Below are positions 11,604 to 23,311 of a stretch of DNA of 64,000 nucleotides, piece after piece. How positions within the stretch are numbered: the first letter of the stretch is position 1; every line of letters starts with the position of its first letter. Below the pieces are notes generated by a model, which worked only from the letters and a program-made list of their open reading frames with translations, did no database searches and was not told the origin of the DNA. Both the position numbers and the translations under genes were made by a program. Source of the DNA: Octopus vulgaris (lineage: Eukaryota); the NCBI GenBank assembly GCA_951406725.2, contig OX597815.1, forward strand, positions 57,846,001 to 57,910,000, in the 5' to 3' direction.

Positions 11604-13010
11604 TACTAGGTGTATTCCAGAAGCTTTGAGACATTTTTAGGAGATGCAGTCCTAAATTGTTGTAACTTTGATATACATCTAATAAGCTGAACTGTCAACT
11701 CCTTTATTCCAGATCGAAAGAGACAGCAGTAACAGCACTTTGAACACACTCTACTAAACATTACTTGTCAGAAACGACTAGTTTGCAGAATATAGTTGAG
11801 ACAAGGAAACAATTTTGAATCTTGTCATGCAATAAAATTTTGTGTTAGACTAGACAAAAATGCTACAGAAACTTACAAAAGCTCCAGATTGCTTATAGAT
11901 CAACTTGTATAGGCCAAGCATCTGATTTTCACTGACACAAAAGGTTCAGAGATAGTAGAGAAGAGGTGAGAGGAAGGTATGGGAGGGAGAAGGACATCAG
12001 AACTGGTTGAAAAAATTTGCAATTTTCTGGATGATGACCATTGTGTGTCTATAAAGATAAAAGCGTACAGTTTGGAGTTGATGTAGCAACAATACACACA
12101 CTTTTTCATGCAGATTTGGACATGTGCAAAATTTGCACTGAATTTGTTCCCAGTGTGCTCAATGACAAACAGAAGAAAATATGCATTGGTGGCAGCAGGG
12201 AGATGATTAAGCTCATTACCTCCAATCCAAGAATATTTGAGTCTCTGGTGACTTTTCCACTGGGGTCAGTGGTATCTGCACCAAGACAATGCTCCTATCC
12301 AAAATTCCATCCTCGTAACTAACTACCTGAGAGAGATGAACATCAGAAGTGTCCCTCAACTTCCCTACAATTCAGGCCTTGCTGCCTATAACTTTTGTTA
12401 TGATCCAGAAACCAAGAAACAGTGTGCTTTATGGAAGCAACCTGGCTCCTCCAGGTTCAAGAAAGCCAGGTAAAGCAAGCCCATCAGGAAGCTAATGATA
12501 GTCCCCTTTTTCAGTAGCAAAGGTATCATCTACATCCACTGGGTTCCCTCTGGTCAGACAGTCGATAAAGAGTACATTGTGAAGGTTTTGAGGGAGTTCT
12601 GGAAGAGATTTCATTGCAAAAGGTCAGAGCTTTTCCACTGTGGTCAGTGGTATCTGCACCAAGACAATGCACCAATCCACAATTCCATCCTGGTAACTAA
12701 CTATGTGAGAGAGATGAACATCAGAAGCGTCCCTTAACCTCCCTGCAATTCAGGCCTTGCTGTCTATGAGTTTTGGTTGTTCCCCATACTCAGGGACAAC
12801 TGAATTGAATACATCGAAAAGATGAATGAGGCTGTGACAAGGGTCCTGTACACCTTCCCTTCAGAGGATTTCTTTGTGGTCTTCATGAAATAGCTGGAGT
12901 GCTACAATGCACTGAAGTCAGAGGATCCTACTTTGATGATGATTAGAGTTTTGTATTTCTTTGAAATTATTAAATGTCTCCCATGAAAAATTTCTGGAAT
13001 GTACCTTGTA
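11604..13010 (+). mobile_element. Near full-length decayed mariner transposon with TIRs
   Basis: Left TACTAGGTGTATTCCAGAA pairs with right TTCTGGAATGTACCTTGTA, TA flanks; transposase motifs YDPETK, FFSSKGII, WYLHQDNAPIH and a degenerate PYSPDLAP. Confidence 0.88.
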
Positions 13011-13389
13011 TATTTGTATATCTTAGTATTAATAAACTTTTTATAAACACACACCTACAGACGTTGAGAGCTGAAAAATGATATATTTTTCTTTCTGTTC
13101 ATAATATGTAATGTGAAAATTGTAGGTTTCAACAAAGGAACTAACCAGCAAATATTTATAAACAAAGAAAAAAAATGGAGATGGATGGCATAAAGGCTAT
13201 CACAGTGGTTTTATAAAAATGCTATCTCTAAATGAATCCTTTAGTTGAAAAGAAACTTTTTTAAATGTATCAAAACTGAAATTTTAAAGAATTTTCTAGA
13301 CAATGGAGACTTTCATAATTGCTTACTTTCAGTAAAAGTTTCATAATTTCAACTAATTAATCAGCAGCTTTCTTCATTATAGTATAGGC

Positions 13390-13850
13390 AGATGTCAATC
13401 CATAAGAGAGCAAATAGGAGGGCAATTCATAGGAGAGCTTTAATTATCTTAGTAGGAGAGAAAGGTCTATAGAAAAGGTGCAGACTGTTGAGAAATTTAC
13501 TCTATAAATTTGGGAATGGTAAATTATTAACTCTTTACAGATAGGAAACTAGATACAATCCTAGACTCTTCTGTTCTGTTCCAAAAGTACATAGGACTAC
13601 TTTTTCATCCATTCACCCCTTGACTGATGAACACAATATCCTTCATAATGATGCCTAAGATAAGGTGAAGATTTTACAGAAGCAATGCTGTTCTGTCTTC
13701 AATGATACCTGGTATAGTTGACTTAGGCAGAATTAATTAAGTAAATTCGACATTTTCCATGACATAACTTTCAGTCCTGTGGACGTTGCTGCAATTGATA
13801 AAATTAAAGTCAATTCAGTAGTGGGCCTTGAAAGAGTGCAGGCATCAACT
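13390..13850 (+). mobile_element. Old CR1-like LINE fragment (EN-RT linker)
   Basis: Degenerate NPRLF..IHPLTD..DKVKILQKQCCSVF, resembling the CR1 KAEILNxxFxSVF motif. Confidence 0.5.
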
Positions 13851-14086
13851 TACTAATCTCTGGGGGAAATTGCTGGACTCAGATTTTATTCCTGAACAAT
13901 GCTGATAATTCTAAGATGAAGGACTTAAAATTGAATGTTGGTGGTTAAATATTTGTCAGTTGATCCAGTAGGTGGGGCCTCACATCAGTAATCGGGGTCC
14001 AGTGTGCTATGGAGTTATTGAGAGGGAGACCTTGAAGTGGTGCACATTCCTTCTTGACGATTTCTGAAACTTACATATATACTATA

Positions 14087-14572
14087 CTAGCTTAAGGGCT
14101 GCCCTATCAGGTGGCTTTAAGCTACTGACCTTAAATGGGAAGATCTGACCTTAAATGGGAAGATCTGACTTGTTTTAGAGAATTTATTGAAATTGCTTCC
14201 TCCAGAGTCATATCCCAATGATGATCATATTCGTCACAAAAAATCAAGTAAAACCATTGCCAAAAATAATCACTGGATTTTGAAATTAATTTCAATTGTT
14301 CCCAAAATTTATTTCCAAGTTATAAAAATTGTTATCATACAACAATATTCATCGCAAAAAAATCATGTAAAAAAAATCACCGGAAACAATTTCGGTAATG
14401 AAAATTTGGGAATCCAAAATTTCAGGATTGTGGGTCCAGATCTAGCCCAGATATTTTTAATTTACTCATGGAGTTGGCCTGATTCCAAAATGGTATGATA
14501 TGTTGGGCTACAGCCTCTAGGAGTAAAGTTGAAAAAGTGTGGCACACTGACTTTCGCATTTATTATATTAGA
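14087..14572 (-). mobile_element. Non-autonomous Helitron-like element
   Basis: Minus strand starts A|TCTAATATAATAAATGCGAAAG and ends with a hairpin plus CTAG|T; no TSD; internal 20-bp tandem duplication at ~14126-14170. Confidence 0.65.
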
Positions 14573-14759
14573 TGTATAGCATTTCTGGGTTAGGTTGCAC
14601 ACACACTTGTGTTTATTAGTGTTATACATATATATATATACACACAAGCATAACCCCCTGCAATATATATGTATGTAAATATGTATGTACACACACACAT
14701 ACATACACACACACACACACACGCACATGAGCAAAACTACCTGCAGAATTTCATCAGTT

Positions 14760-16135
14760 AAGTCTTAGAACCAAGAAATTCCTACTTAGTTCAAGGAGTT
14801 GGAAGCCTTTGAAAATGACATTGTAGATGTCATACATTGGCTAAAATTCCACAAATCCTCTAATCTTTTACATAGTGAACTTAGGACAGACATTCATAAG
14901 TTTAAACTTCAGATAAGGCCTTACTTTTTTTAGAGAAGACTTAGAATTTATGTATTGTAGAAAAGTAATACTTATGCACAGCCACTGCATCACACAAACA
15001 CAGGAAGATGGTCTCCTTCAATCTTCGGATAACATTAACAATGAGGACAAAGAGATAGCTTTTAGACTAGGCATCAAGGATAGGGTAGAAGTCTTCGTGA
15101 AAAAGAAGCCTTTATAACAATCAAAGATCACAAACCAGACTTTACCTCTGATTTCAAGTATCGATTGAACAACCCTACAACATCTGAAATCAGTTTGGTG
15201 AGCAACCAGCTGCTAAGGAGAATCAACAATGACATTAGAAGAACCTCACCCTTTGTTGCAATGTCAGTGAGATCATGTGGTATAAAAAAAATATAGTGGC
15301 AGAGATAGTGTAAGGTTTACCCAGTTTGATATAATGGACTTGGATATAATGAATTTATTTAGGGCAGTGAATTTCATTAAAGACTACATTGTGATCAGCA
15401 ATGAGAACAGAAGCATCATCACGCATGCTAGAAAAACCCTACTCTTTAACAAGGGATTGGTTTAGGTCAAGCAAGCTGACCTAGAAGGCTCCATTGATGT
15501 ATTGATGAATGTTTTCAACAGTACTGATGTGTGTGTCCTCATTGCCATTTTTATCATGGATTTACTTAGAAAATTCCCCTCAACTACCTTCGGCCTCTAC
15601 AGAGATAATGCTTTGGAAGTATCAAGAGGAGTGAATTGCCACACACTTGATTGGCTTAGGAAAGACCTAACCCATAACCTGAATTCTCTCGGGCTCAAGG
15701 TCACTAAAGAAACCAGCCTGAAGGTGGATAATTTCTTTGACATGACCTTAACCCTTTAGCGTTCAAATTACTCTGCCAAATGTAAAGCTTATTTATTCAT
15801 ATTGTTTTAAATTTATCATGCATTATCTCATTGTTGTGAGATTTTGATGTTATTGTTTATTTTTAGAATGGCATTGTGGGTGTGGGAGGTGTGAGAGGTT
15901 AGATCAGGCCAGTTTAAACATAAAACTGGAGGCATATTTTGGCCAGATATGGCCTGTTTAAATGCTAATGGGTTAAACTCAGGAAACTGAAGGAGAGGCT
16001 GACATATATTAATGCAACTTCCTGTTATCCAGCCTAGTTTTCAGGAACCTGGTTAAAGGGTCAGCAGTCTGTAACCTGTCTTCAAATAAAGAGATTTTCA
16101 ATGTTGCATCCCTGTTTTACGATGAGGCCCTTCTT
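14760..16135 (+). mobile_element. Degenerate Penelope-like element RT fragment
   Basis: ITIKDHKPDF, RLNNPTTSEI, HARKTLLFN, FGLYRDNAL, NFFDMTL; homologous to 52265-53181. Confidence 0.85.
15752..15972. mobile_element. piggyBac-type MITE (221 bp) inserted in the Penelope RT
   Basis: TTAA on both sides; TIRs CCCTTTAGCGTTCAAA and TTTAAATGCTAATGGG. Confidence 0.8.
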
Positions 16136-16450
16136 AGGAAATAACTACCTTTTTTGCTACAGTTCTTGGCATTGAGTATGCATTTTTATATAACCAAAAG
16201 TGGTTTAACAAAATCCCACAATGTTCATGCCTTTTTTGTAGTGTTAGTGATATATATAATATTCAAAGTGAACTCTTTTAAAGTGAATTGGATCACATGC
16301 ATTTACAGCTTAATGAATTTTAAAAAATCCTTTGAAATTAATTGATTTCAATGACTTGAAAAAATTTGTATTGAACAAAATCATGTTTAACCAATTGGAA
16401 TAGCTCATTAAATTAAGTGATTAAATTACATGGACTCTAATAAATTTTAC

Positions 16451-16483
16451 CTGTTTTCTACTCATAGTGCTACACAACCACAT
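16451..16483 (-). CDS. Putative first coding part (MWLCSTMSRKQ) of exon 16451-16508 of the unidentified gene
   Basis: Strong acceptor ttttcatttttctatttcacag, CAG|GTAAAA donor, in-frame ATGs at 16483 and 16465, phase-0 end. Confidence 0.5.
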
Positions 16484-17499
16484 TATTTTAGCTCCAGTGA
16501 ATTTACTTCTGTGAAATAGAAAAATGAAAAAAGGAGATATATAGACACATATTAGATAGGCATATACATACAAAAATGTTTAAGCATATAAGTTAATAAA
16601 AATTTAGTGAAAGAGTTATACCATTCAGATAACAGTCAGTTCAGTTATTTTCTTAAATACACTTGCATATGCATACACACATCAAGAAAGAACACGAGCA
16701 TGATGAATGTAAGAGATACACATAATAAAAGAGAGAAGGTTAGCAATATTTGGATAGACTAAAAATAAGAGAGATGTTAGGGAGTACAATATTGTTCTTA
16801 CATTACTTGTGTATGTGAATGCAAGTACAGATGTTTTCATATTATGTATGCATTGATAAAGGAGGTGTGCTGGCAAAATCATTAGCATGTTGAAATAATT
16901 GCATAACAGCATTTCTTCCACCCCTTTATATCCTGAGTTCAAATTTTGCCATGGTCACCTGTGCCTTTTCTCCAATCAGGGTGAATAAAATAAGTCCCAG
17001 CTGAACACAGGTCAATGTAATCGACTTATCTCCTCCCTTAAAATTGCTGGCTTTATGCCAAAATTTAAACTCATTATGTATGTGTTATGTGTAAGCTTGT
17101 TCAAGATTGAGATTATGTTAGGGTGTTATTACAATTTCTGTACATATATCATCATCACCATCATTTTAACATTAATTTTTCCCATGTTTGCATGGGTCAG
17201 ACAGAATTTGACGAGGTAGATTTTCTAGTCAGATGCCTTTTCTGTCACCAACTGTCACTTGTTACACAGCAGTGTAATATACCCTCATGGCAAGATTAGA
17301 AATAAGACACTGCTTATATGATGGTGACACTCATTTACACCATTCATACAAGGCAATGCATGCAACACACACATACACTTTTAATATGGCAAACTTCTTT
17401 CAGTTCCATCCATCATATTCATTCACAAGACTGGGGCTATAGTACAAGTCGTTTGTTCAAGGTACTATGCAGTGGGATTGAACTGGAAACCACATGCTG

Positions 17500-18125
17500 G
17501 TGAGTGTATGGGGATTGATATATAAATATATATCTATATTTGAGTCTATGTATGCTTATGTGTATATATGTATATGTGTGTATAAACTTGTGCATAAGTC
17601 TGCGTCTGTGTATAAGTGTGTGCATGCATATAAATATGTGAATACATGTGCACATTTATTCAGCCGCATGCATGTGCATATACACATATGCTCAATTACA
17701 CATGGCAGAATGTATATTCACATATATACACATTTACACTTGTGTGAAGTCATTTGCTTGAGTATGGTTACCCATTTATGCATCCATACTTGCATAAACA
17801 CTTGAATGAGTGTCAACCCCCCTTGTGTACGCATGTAGATACATGTATATGCATGCATGTAACCAAAAACATGTACACATCTGTATTTGCAACATACACG
17901 AAAATATACATTCAAGTACCTGTATACAGAAAACATATTAATGTAAATATACACCTGTGTACAACATGTGTTCACATGTACACTTGCAGATGTATTGATA
18001 TGGCCACATATATGTATATACATGTGCACACTGAGGCATGCATGCAAAAACGTTCATGTACATGTGTATATACACAGATGTGCATATGTAGAATTATGCA
18101 GAATGTTATTAATGTGCATGTTTAT
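17500..18125. repeat. Degenerate TA/TG/CA low-complexity tract
   Basis: Alternating purine-pyrimidine sequence producing spurious Y/I/C/V/H ORFs. Confidence 0.85.
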
Positions 18126-18261
18126 CCCATACCTCCATCCATAGTTACCTGATAATAATTGACTTATATCTAAATTAATATTCAGTCAGAAACTCATATA
18201 ATGATCACTTCAGAAATAAACTGTAGCTTTGACTCTGATCTATATAGCTTTTCTCTTATGA

Positions 18262-18307
<46 letters not shown>

Positions 18308-18769
18308 TACACAGTATGACATCATAATAGGCTTTTTAAAAAAAATAGTTAACTTTGCCTTTCATCCTTTCAGGGTTGATGAAATAAATACCAGTTAAGC
18401 ACTTGGGTCAATGTAATTGAGTAGCCCCCTCATCCCAAAACTTCAGGTCATGTGCCTAGAGTAGAAAAGATTATTTATGACCATTCAGAACAGATTAAAG
18501 CAAATACTTTTATCGGTTCATAATCTGTCCCTAGTCCACATATATTGTCATTCACAAAATAAGCAAAGAAGCACTTTTGATAATATCTACTCCTTACTCA
18601 AACCAATTTACACTAGATTTTATAGAAGTAAATGAAACCTATTGATACTGAAGTCAGTCACTCTTCTGAATATAAAAGGACCAGTGATTCTAACCAAGGA
18701 AGTGCTGTAGGGCATTACGTACAAAAGTATTACATATCTAATAATAATAGAGAAAGGTGTACAAGCTTG

Positions 18770-19229
18770 TGTAAGAGGATGAGAATTCAGGAACACTGGA
18801 AGGGTGTCTGGTCTGATCCTGTCACATTCAAGTTGAAGAAACGAAGACAAAGTCAGGCTGTCTTCAATAACAGTAAGTGGTGGTTTATTCTGTGGTTTAC
18901 AGGTAAAACATGTACACATGTATTTCTTGTAGGGAAACCGGCAGCCGAATCCACAGGACTGGTTACAATGTTCTCTCATGCGAGTCAAGATGATTCGGTG
19001 TTCATTCCCGCTTCGTTGGGGTGAGGTTCTCTGTGCGTAGGGTTGTTCCCTGAGAGAAAGTCAAGCCATGTCCAACCACTAGCGCTGTTCTGCCAGAAAA
19101 CACCGATTCAGTGGTCAGGCTTTCATGTTGCAGTTCCTGCGCATGCACATGAGGAAACTTCTGGTGGCCAACCGGCAGTAATCCAATTCTGCGCATGTGC
19201 GCTGAAACTTACACAGTAGCGTCACTACA
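18770..19229 (-). mobile_element. Solo LTR (gypsy-like, 460 bp)
   Basis: TGTA..TACA termini, 4-bp TSD CTTG at 18766-18769 and 19230-19233, AATAAA on the minus strand at ~18884-18889. Confidence 0.7.
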
Positions 19230-19970
19230 CTTGTATTTCTTTGTTGCTAAAACTCCAAAACAGTCCTGTTCAGTCATATCTTAATCCCAATTTGAATATA
19301 TCTTAAAAATTTAAACTTTGTCTATTTTGAGTGCTTTAATGTGGCTGTCCCTCTATTTCATTATACATATGATGATATATACATAGGGGTCCACTCACTT
19401 CTATTTTGCAAAAAACGACACTTGCAAGTTTCCATATTATAAAGCTTTATTTTTCCGTTAATTTGGCAAAATTTCAGAATAAGCATTACCAACTGTGATT
19501 TTTTTTTGTGTAAAACTTTTAAAGCTTCTGTTTTAAACATTCAGGCTTCCAAATTTTTAGCATTGTTTTCCATGTTATTTATAATTTTCAATTTTTTAAT
19601 TGTTCGTTTATGTTTTTTAATATAGGTGTGTGTGATTGTATCAAATCATTTAGTTGCTTGCTTTGCTTTTGTTTAAATCAAGATAGTGTAATACAAGGTT
19701 TGAGTGCAATTTCTAGCAGGTCAAGCAACTACACTGAGGATCCATTGGGAGGTAACATAATCAAAATTATTCTATTAATGATATCAATAATAATAAAAAT
19801 GCTTAATAAAAGTTGCTGGCATCAGGAAGGGCATGCAGTTGTAGAAATCATACTAAAGCAGACAGTAGAGCTTGGTAAAATCTTCTGACTTACCAGCTCC
19901 TGTCAAGCCATTCAACCTATGCCAGTAGGATAAATGGAAATTAAATGATGATGATAATAATTATATATAT

Positions 19971-20125
19971 ATCATCATCATCATCATCATTATCGTTTAA
20001 CGTCTGCTTTCCATGCTAGCATGGGTTGGACGATTTGACTGAGGACTGGCGAACCAGATGGCTGCACCAGGCTCCAATCTTGATCTGGCAGAGTTTCTAC
20101 AGCTGGATGACCTTCCTAATGCCAA
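19971..20125 (-). mobile_element. Short 3'-terminal fragment of the PHD-bearing RTE-like LINE with (ATG)n tail
   Basis: Matches the 3' ends at 37925-38062 and 42585-42687. Confidence 0.8.
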
Positions 20126-20137
20126 CACACACATATA

Positions 20138-21721
20138 TCATCATCATCATCATCATCATTTAGCGTCCGCTTTCCATGCTAGCATGTTCAACTGGGGTCT
20201 GGGAAGCCAGAAGGCTGCACCAGGCCCAGTCTGATCTGGCAATGTTTCTACAGCTGGATGCCCTTCCTAACACCAAACACTCCATGAATGTAGTGGGTGC
20301 TTTTTACGTGCCACCGGCACAGGTGCCAGACGAGGCTGGCAACGGCCACGATTGGATGGTGCTTTTTATGTGCCACCGGCACGGAGGCCAGTCAGGGTGG
20401 CACTGGCAACGGCCACATTCGGATGGTTCTCTTATGTGCCACCAGCACTGGTATCAAAGCTACAATTTCCATTGATGTTGATCGATTTCGATTTTGATTT
20501 TGAGTCTCACTTGCCTCAACAGGTCTTCACAAGTAGAGTTTTGTGTCCCAAGAAGGAAAGGTATGCATAAGTGGACTGGTTACATCCCAGGTTATGGTCT
20601 CACTTGTCCTGCCGGGTCTTCTCACGCACAGCATACTTCCAAAGGTCTCAGTCTCTAGTCATTTCCTCGGTGAGACCTAAAGTTCGAAGGTCATGCTTCA
20701 CCACCTCGTCCCAGGTTTTCCTGGGTCTACCTCTTCCACAGATTCCCTCAGCTGCTAGGGTGTGGCACTTTTTCACACATCTATCTTCATCCATTCTTGC
20801 CACATGACCATACCAGCGCAAACATCTCTCTTGCACACCACAACTGATGCTTCTTAGGTCCAACTTTTCTCTCTGTCGAGTATGAACGTTGACATTACAC
20901 ATCCATTGCAACATACTGGCTTCATTTCTTGCGAGCTTACACATATCCTCAGCAGTCATGGCCCATGTTTCACTGACATGTAGCATGGCTGTTCATACAC
21001 ATGCGTCATACAGTCTGCCTTTTACTCTAAGCGAGATGCCTTTTGTCACTAGCAGAGGTAAGAGCTCTCTGAACTTTGCCCAAGCTATTCTTACTCTAGC
21101 AGTTACACTTTCAACACACCCACCCCTACTACTGACTTGGTCACCTAGGTAACGGAAGCTATCAACTACTTCTAGTTTTTCTCCCTGGAAAGTGGCGGAA
21201 GTTGGTCTCTGCGCATTTTCATAGTTTATTGCTCCTGAGCATCTGCCACATACAAAAACTATCTTCCTAGTTAGCCTTCCTTTGACGTTGCTGCACCTCT
21301 TATGTGTCCATAGCTTACACTTGGTGCATCTTATAGAGTTTCTACCTACACCTTTTCTACAGATCGAGCAGGGTCATCTACCTGAAGGCGTTTGTGACTT
21401 GTCTACCTTCCTACTTATTAGGACTTTGGTTTTAGCTAGGTTGACTCTAAGGCCGTTCAATTCTAATCCTTGCTTCCACACCTGAAACTTCTTCTCCACT
21501 TCTGATAGTGACTCAGCAATTAGAGCAAGGTCATCAGCATAGAGGAGCTCCCAGGGGCATCCTGTCTTGAATTCCTCCGTAATTGCCTGGAGGACTATGG
21601 AGGGGGCTGAGGACTGAACCTTGGTGGACCCCTACCTCTACCCGGAATTCTTCACTGTACTCGTTGCCAACCCTCACCTTACTAGCAGCGTCCCTGTACA
21701 TGGCTCGCACAGCTCTCACTA
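20138..21721 (-). mobile_element. 5'-truncated PHD-bearing RTE-like LINE
   Basis: VGVHQGSVLSP, ELLYADD, C4HC3 finger, SFRYLG, SETW, LRWYGHV; 3' UTR with ~3 repeat modules; (ATG)n tail. Confidence 0.92.
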
Positions 21722-22415
21722 ACAGAAGAAGGAATGGGAGCTTGCTGAAACTTGAGGGATGGCGAATCTCGGAGTTTGATAAACTCTTCGTCAGTCTCTT
21801 GGACAGCTGCAATTTGATGACGGTCGATGCCTGAATCCACATGTATTGCGTTCAGCTGGATTCGGGACAGAGCGTCAGCTGCTACATTGTCTGATCCCTT
21901 GATATGCCGAATATCGGTTGAATATTGGGAGACAAAGTCCAAGTGGCGAAGTTCTCTTGGTGAATGTCGATCCGGTTTGGTACGGAACGCATAAACTAGT
22001 GGTTTATGGTCCGTGTAGATCACGAAATCCAATCCTTCGAGCATGTGATGAAAATGCTTCACTGAAAGGTAGGTTGCCGAGAGTTCATGGCTGAACGTAC
22101 TATATTTGGCTTCAGTGGGTTGCAACCACTTAGAAAAGAAGGATAAGGGTTGCCAAACGCCGTCGACATGTTGTTGCAAAACGCCTCCAACCCCCATGTC
22201 TGATGTGTCCACTAGCAGCGAAAGAGGAGCGCCAGACTTGGGGAAAATGAGCATGGAAGCGTTTGCCAGCATTTCTTTCAGACCGTTGAAAGATGTTAAT
22301 TCTTCCTCGTTCAACGTTATGTCTTCATTTTTCCGAGTCCGGTTGCGAAGAAGTTGCTTTGTTTTCTCTGGTGATGGCAGATGTATTTCCGGTGTCCGTG
22401 CAAGTTACTTCCGGT
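21722..22415 (-). mobile_element. Ty3/gypsy pol fragment (RT-connection and RNase H)
   Basis: ORF 21682-22314: LLVDTSDMGVGGVLQQ, FFSK, YSTFSHEL, IYTDHKPL, HIKGSDNVAADALSR. Confidence 0.92.
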
Positions 22416-22784
22416 GACTGTACATATATATACACTTTTGCTTAGGCATATTGATACTAATAACCTTGTGTTAGATCTCAATATACATATGCTTCAGAAT
22501 AAATCTTTAGTCGAGCAGGAATAAGAAATTGAAATGACAAAGGAAAAGAAATCATGCCATAAATTTTATTAGCTTACAGCTGCTTCTGGTATAAGATGCA
22601 ATACACTCATTGTTGAATACTTGTGTATCACTCTATATATTTAATAAATATACCATTAAGCTATCATACCTTGCTGGTACCATTACTGAGACTAATAACT
22701 TTAAACTAAAATATGGAAGTTGTACAGCTGATACCAAGCAGTCAACTTCCAAATTCCTCTGGTCTCGACCCTACCATTGTATAC

Positions 22785-23042
22785 ATCCCTTGATATGCCG
22801 AATATCAGTTGAATATTGGGAGACAAAGTCCAAGTGGCGAAGTTCTCTTGGTGAATGTCGATCCGGTTTGGTACGGAACGCATAAACTAGTGGTTTATGG
22901 TCCGTGTAGATCACGAAATCCAATCCTTCGAGCATGTGATGAAAATGCTTCACTGAAAGGTAGGTTGCCGAGAGTTCATGGCCGAACGTACTATATTTGG
23001 CTTCAGTGGGTTGCAACCACTTAGAAAAGAAGGATAAGGGTT
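22785..23042 (-). repeat. 258-bp near-identical duplicate of gypsy RNase H segment 21894-22151
   Basis: Direct repeat at an offset of 891 bp; two substitutions seen by eye. Confidence 0.95.
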
Positions 23043-23311
23043 AGTATTAGTGAAATATTAAAGAATATAGTGAAATAACCACTACGCCATTCCAAGTTCG
23101 ATTCCAGACAGTGACCTTAATAATAATAACAACATCAAAAAAATACCTTAGGAATGAGAATCCAGGTTCAAAATTTCCCCCAAGACACCTGATGAAGGCT
23201 GGAGGGTATATCAGTCAAACTATTTTGTTAACAACAATGAAGATGAGGACAAATATCTATCAAATATAAATAATGTTTATTTATATTTAGATGCATGCAG
23301 GAGTGGCTATT

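Noticed and set aside
3990-19196. ORFs 3990-4445, 18620-18988, 18632-19024 and 19002-19196 as genes
   Set aside because: They lie in or overlap LTR-like repeats and show no recognisable domain or splice support
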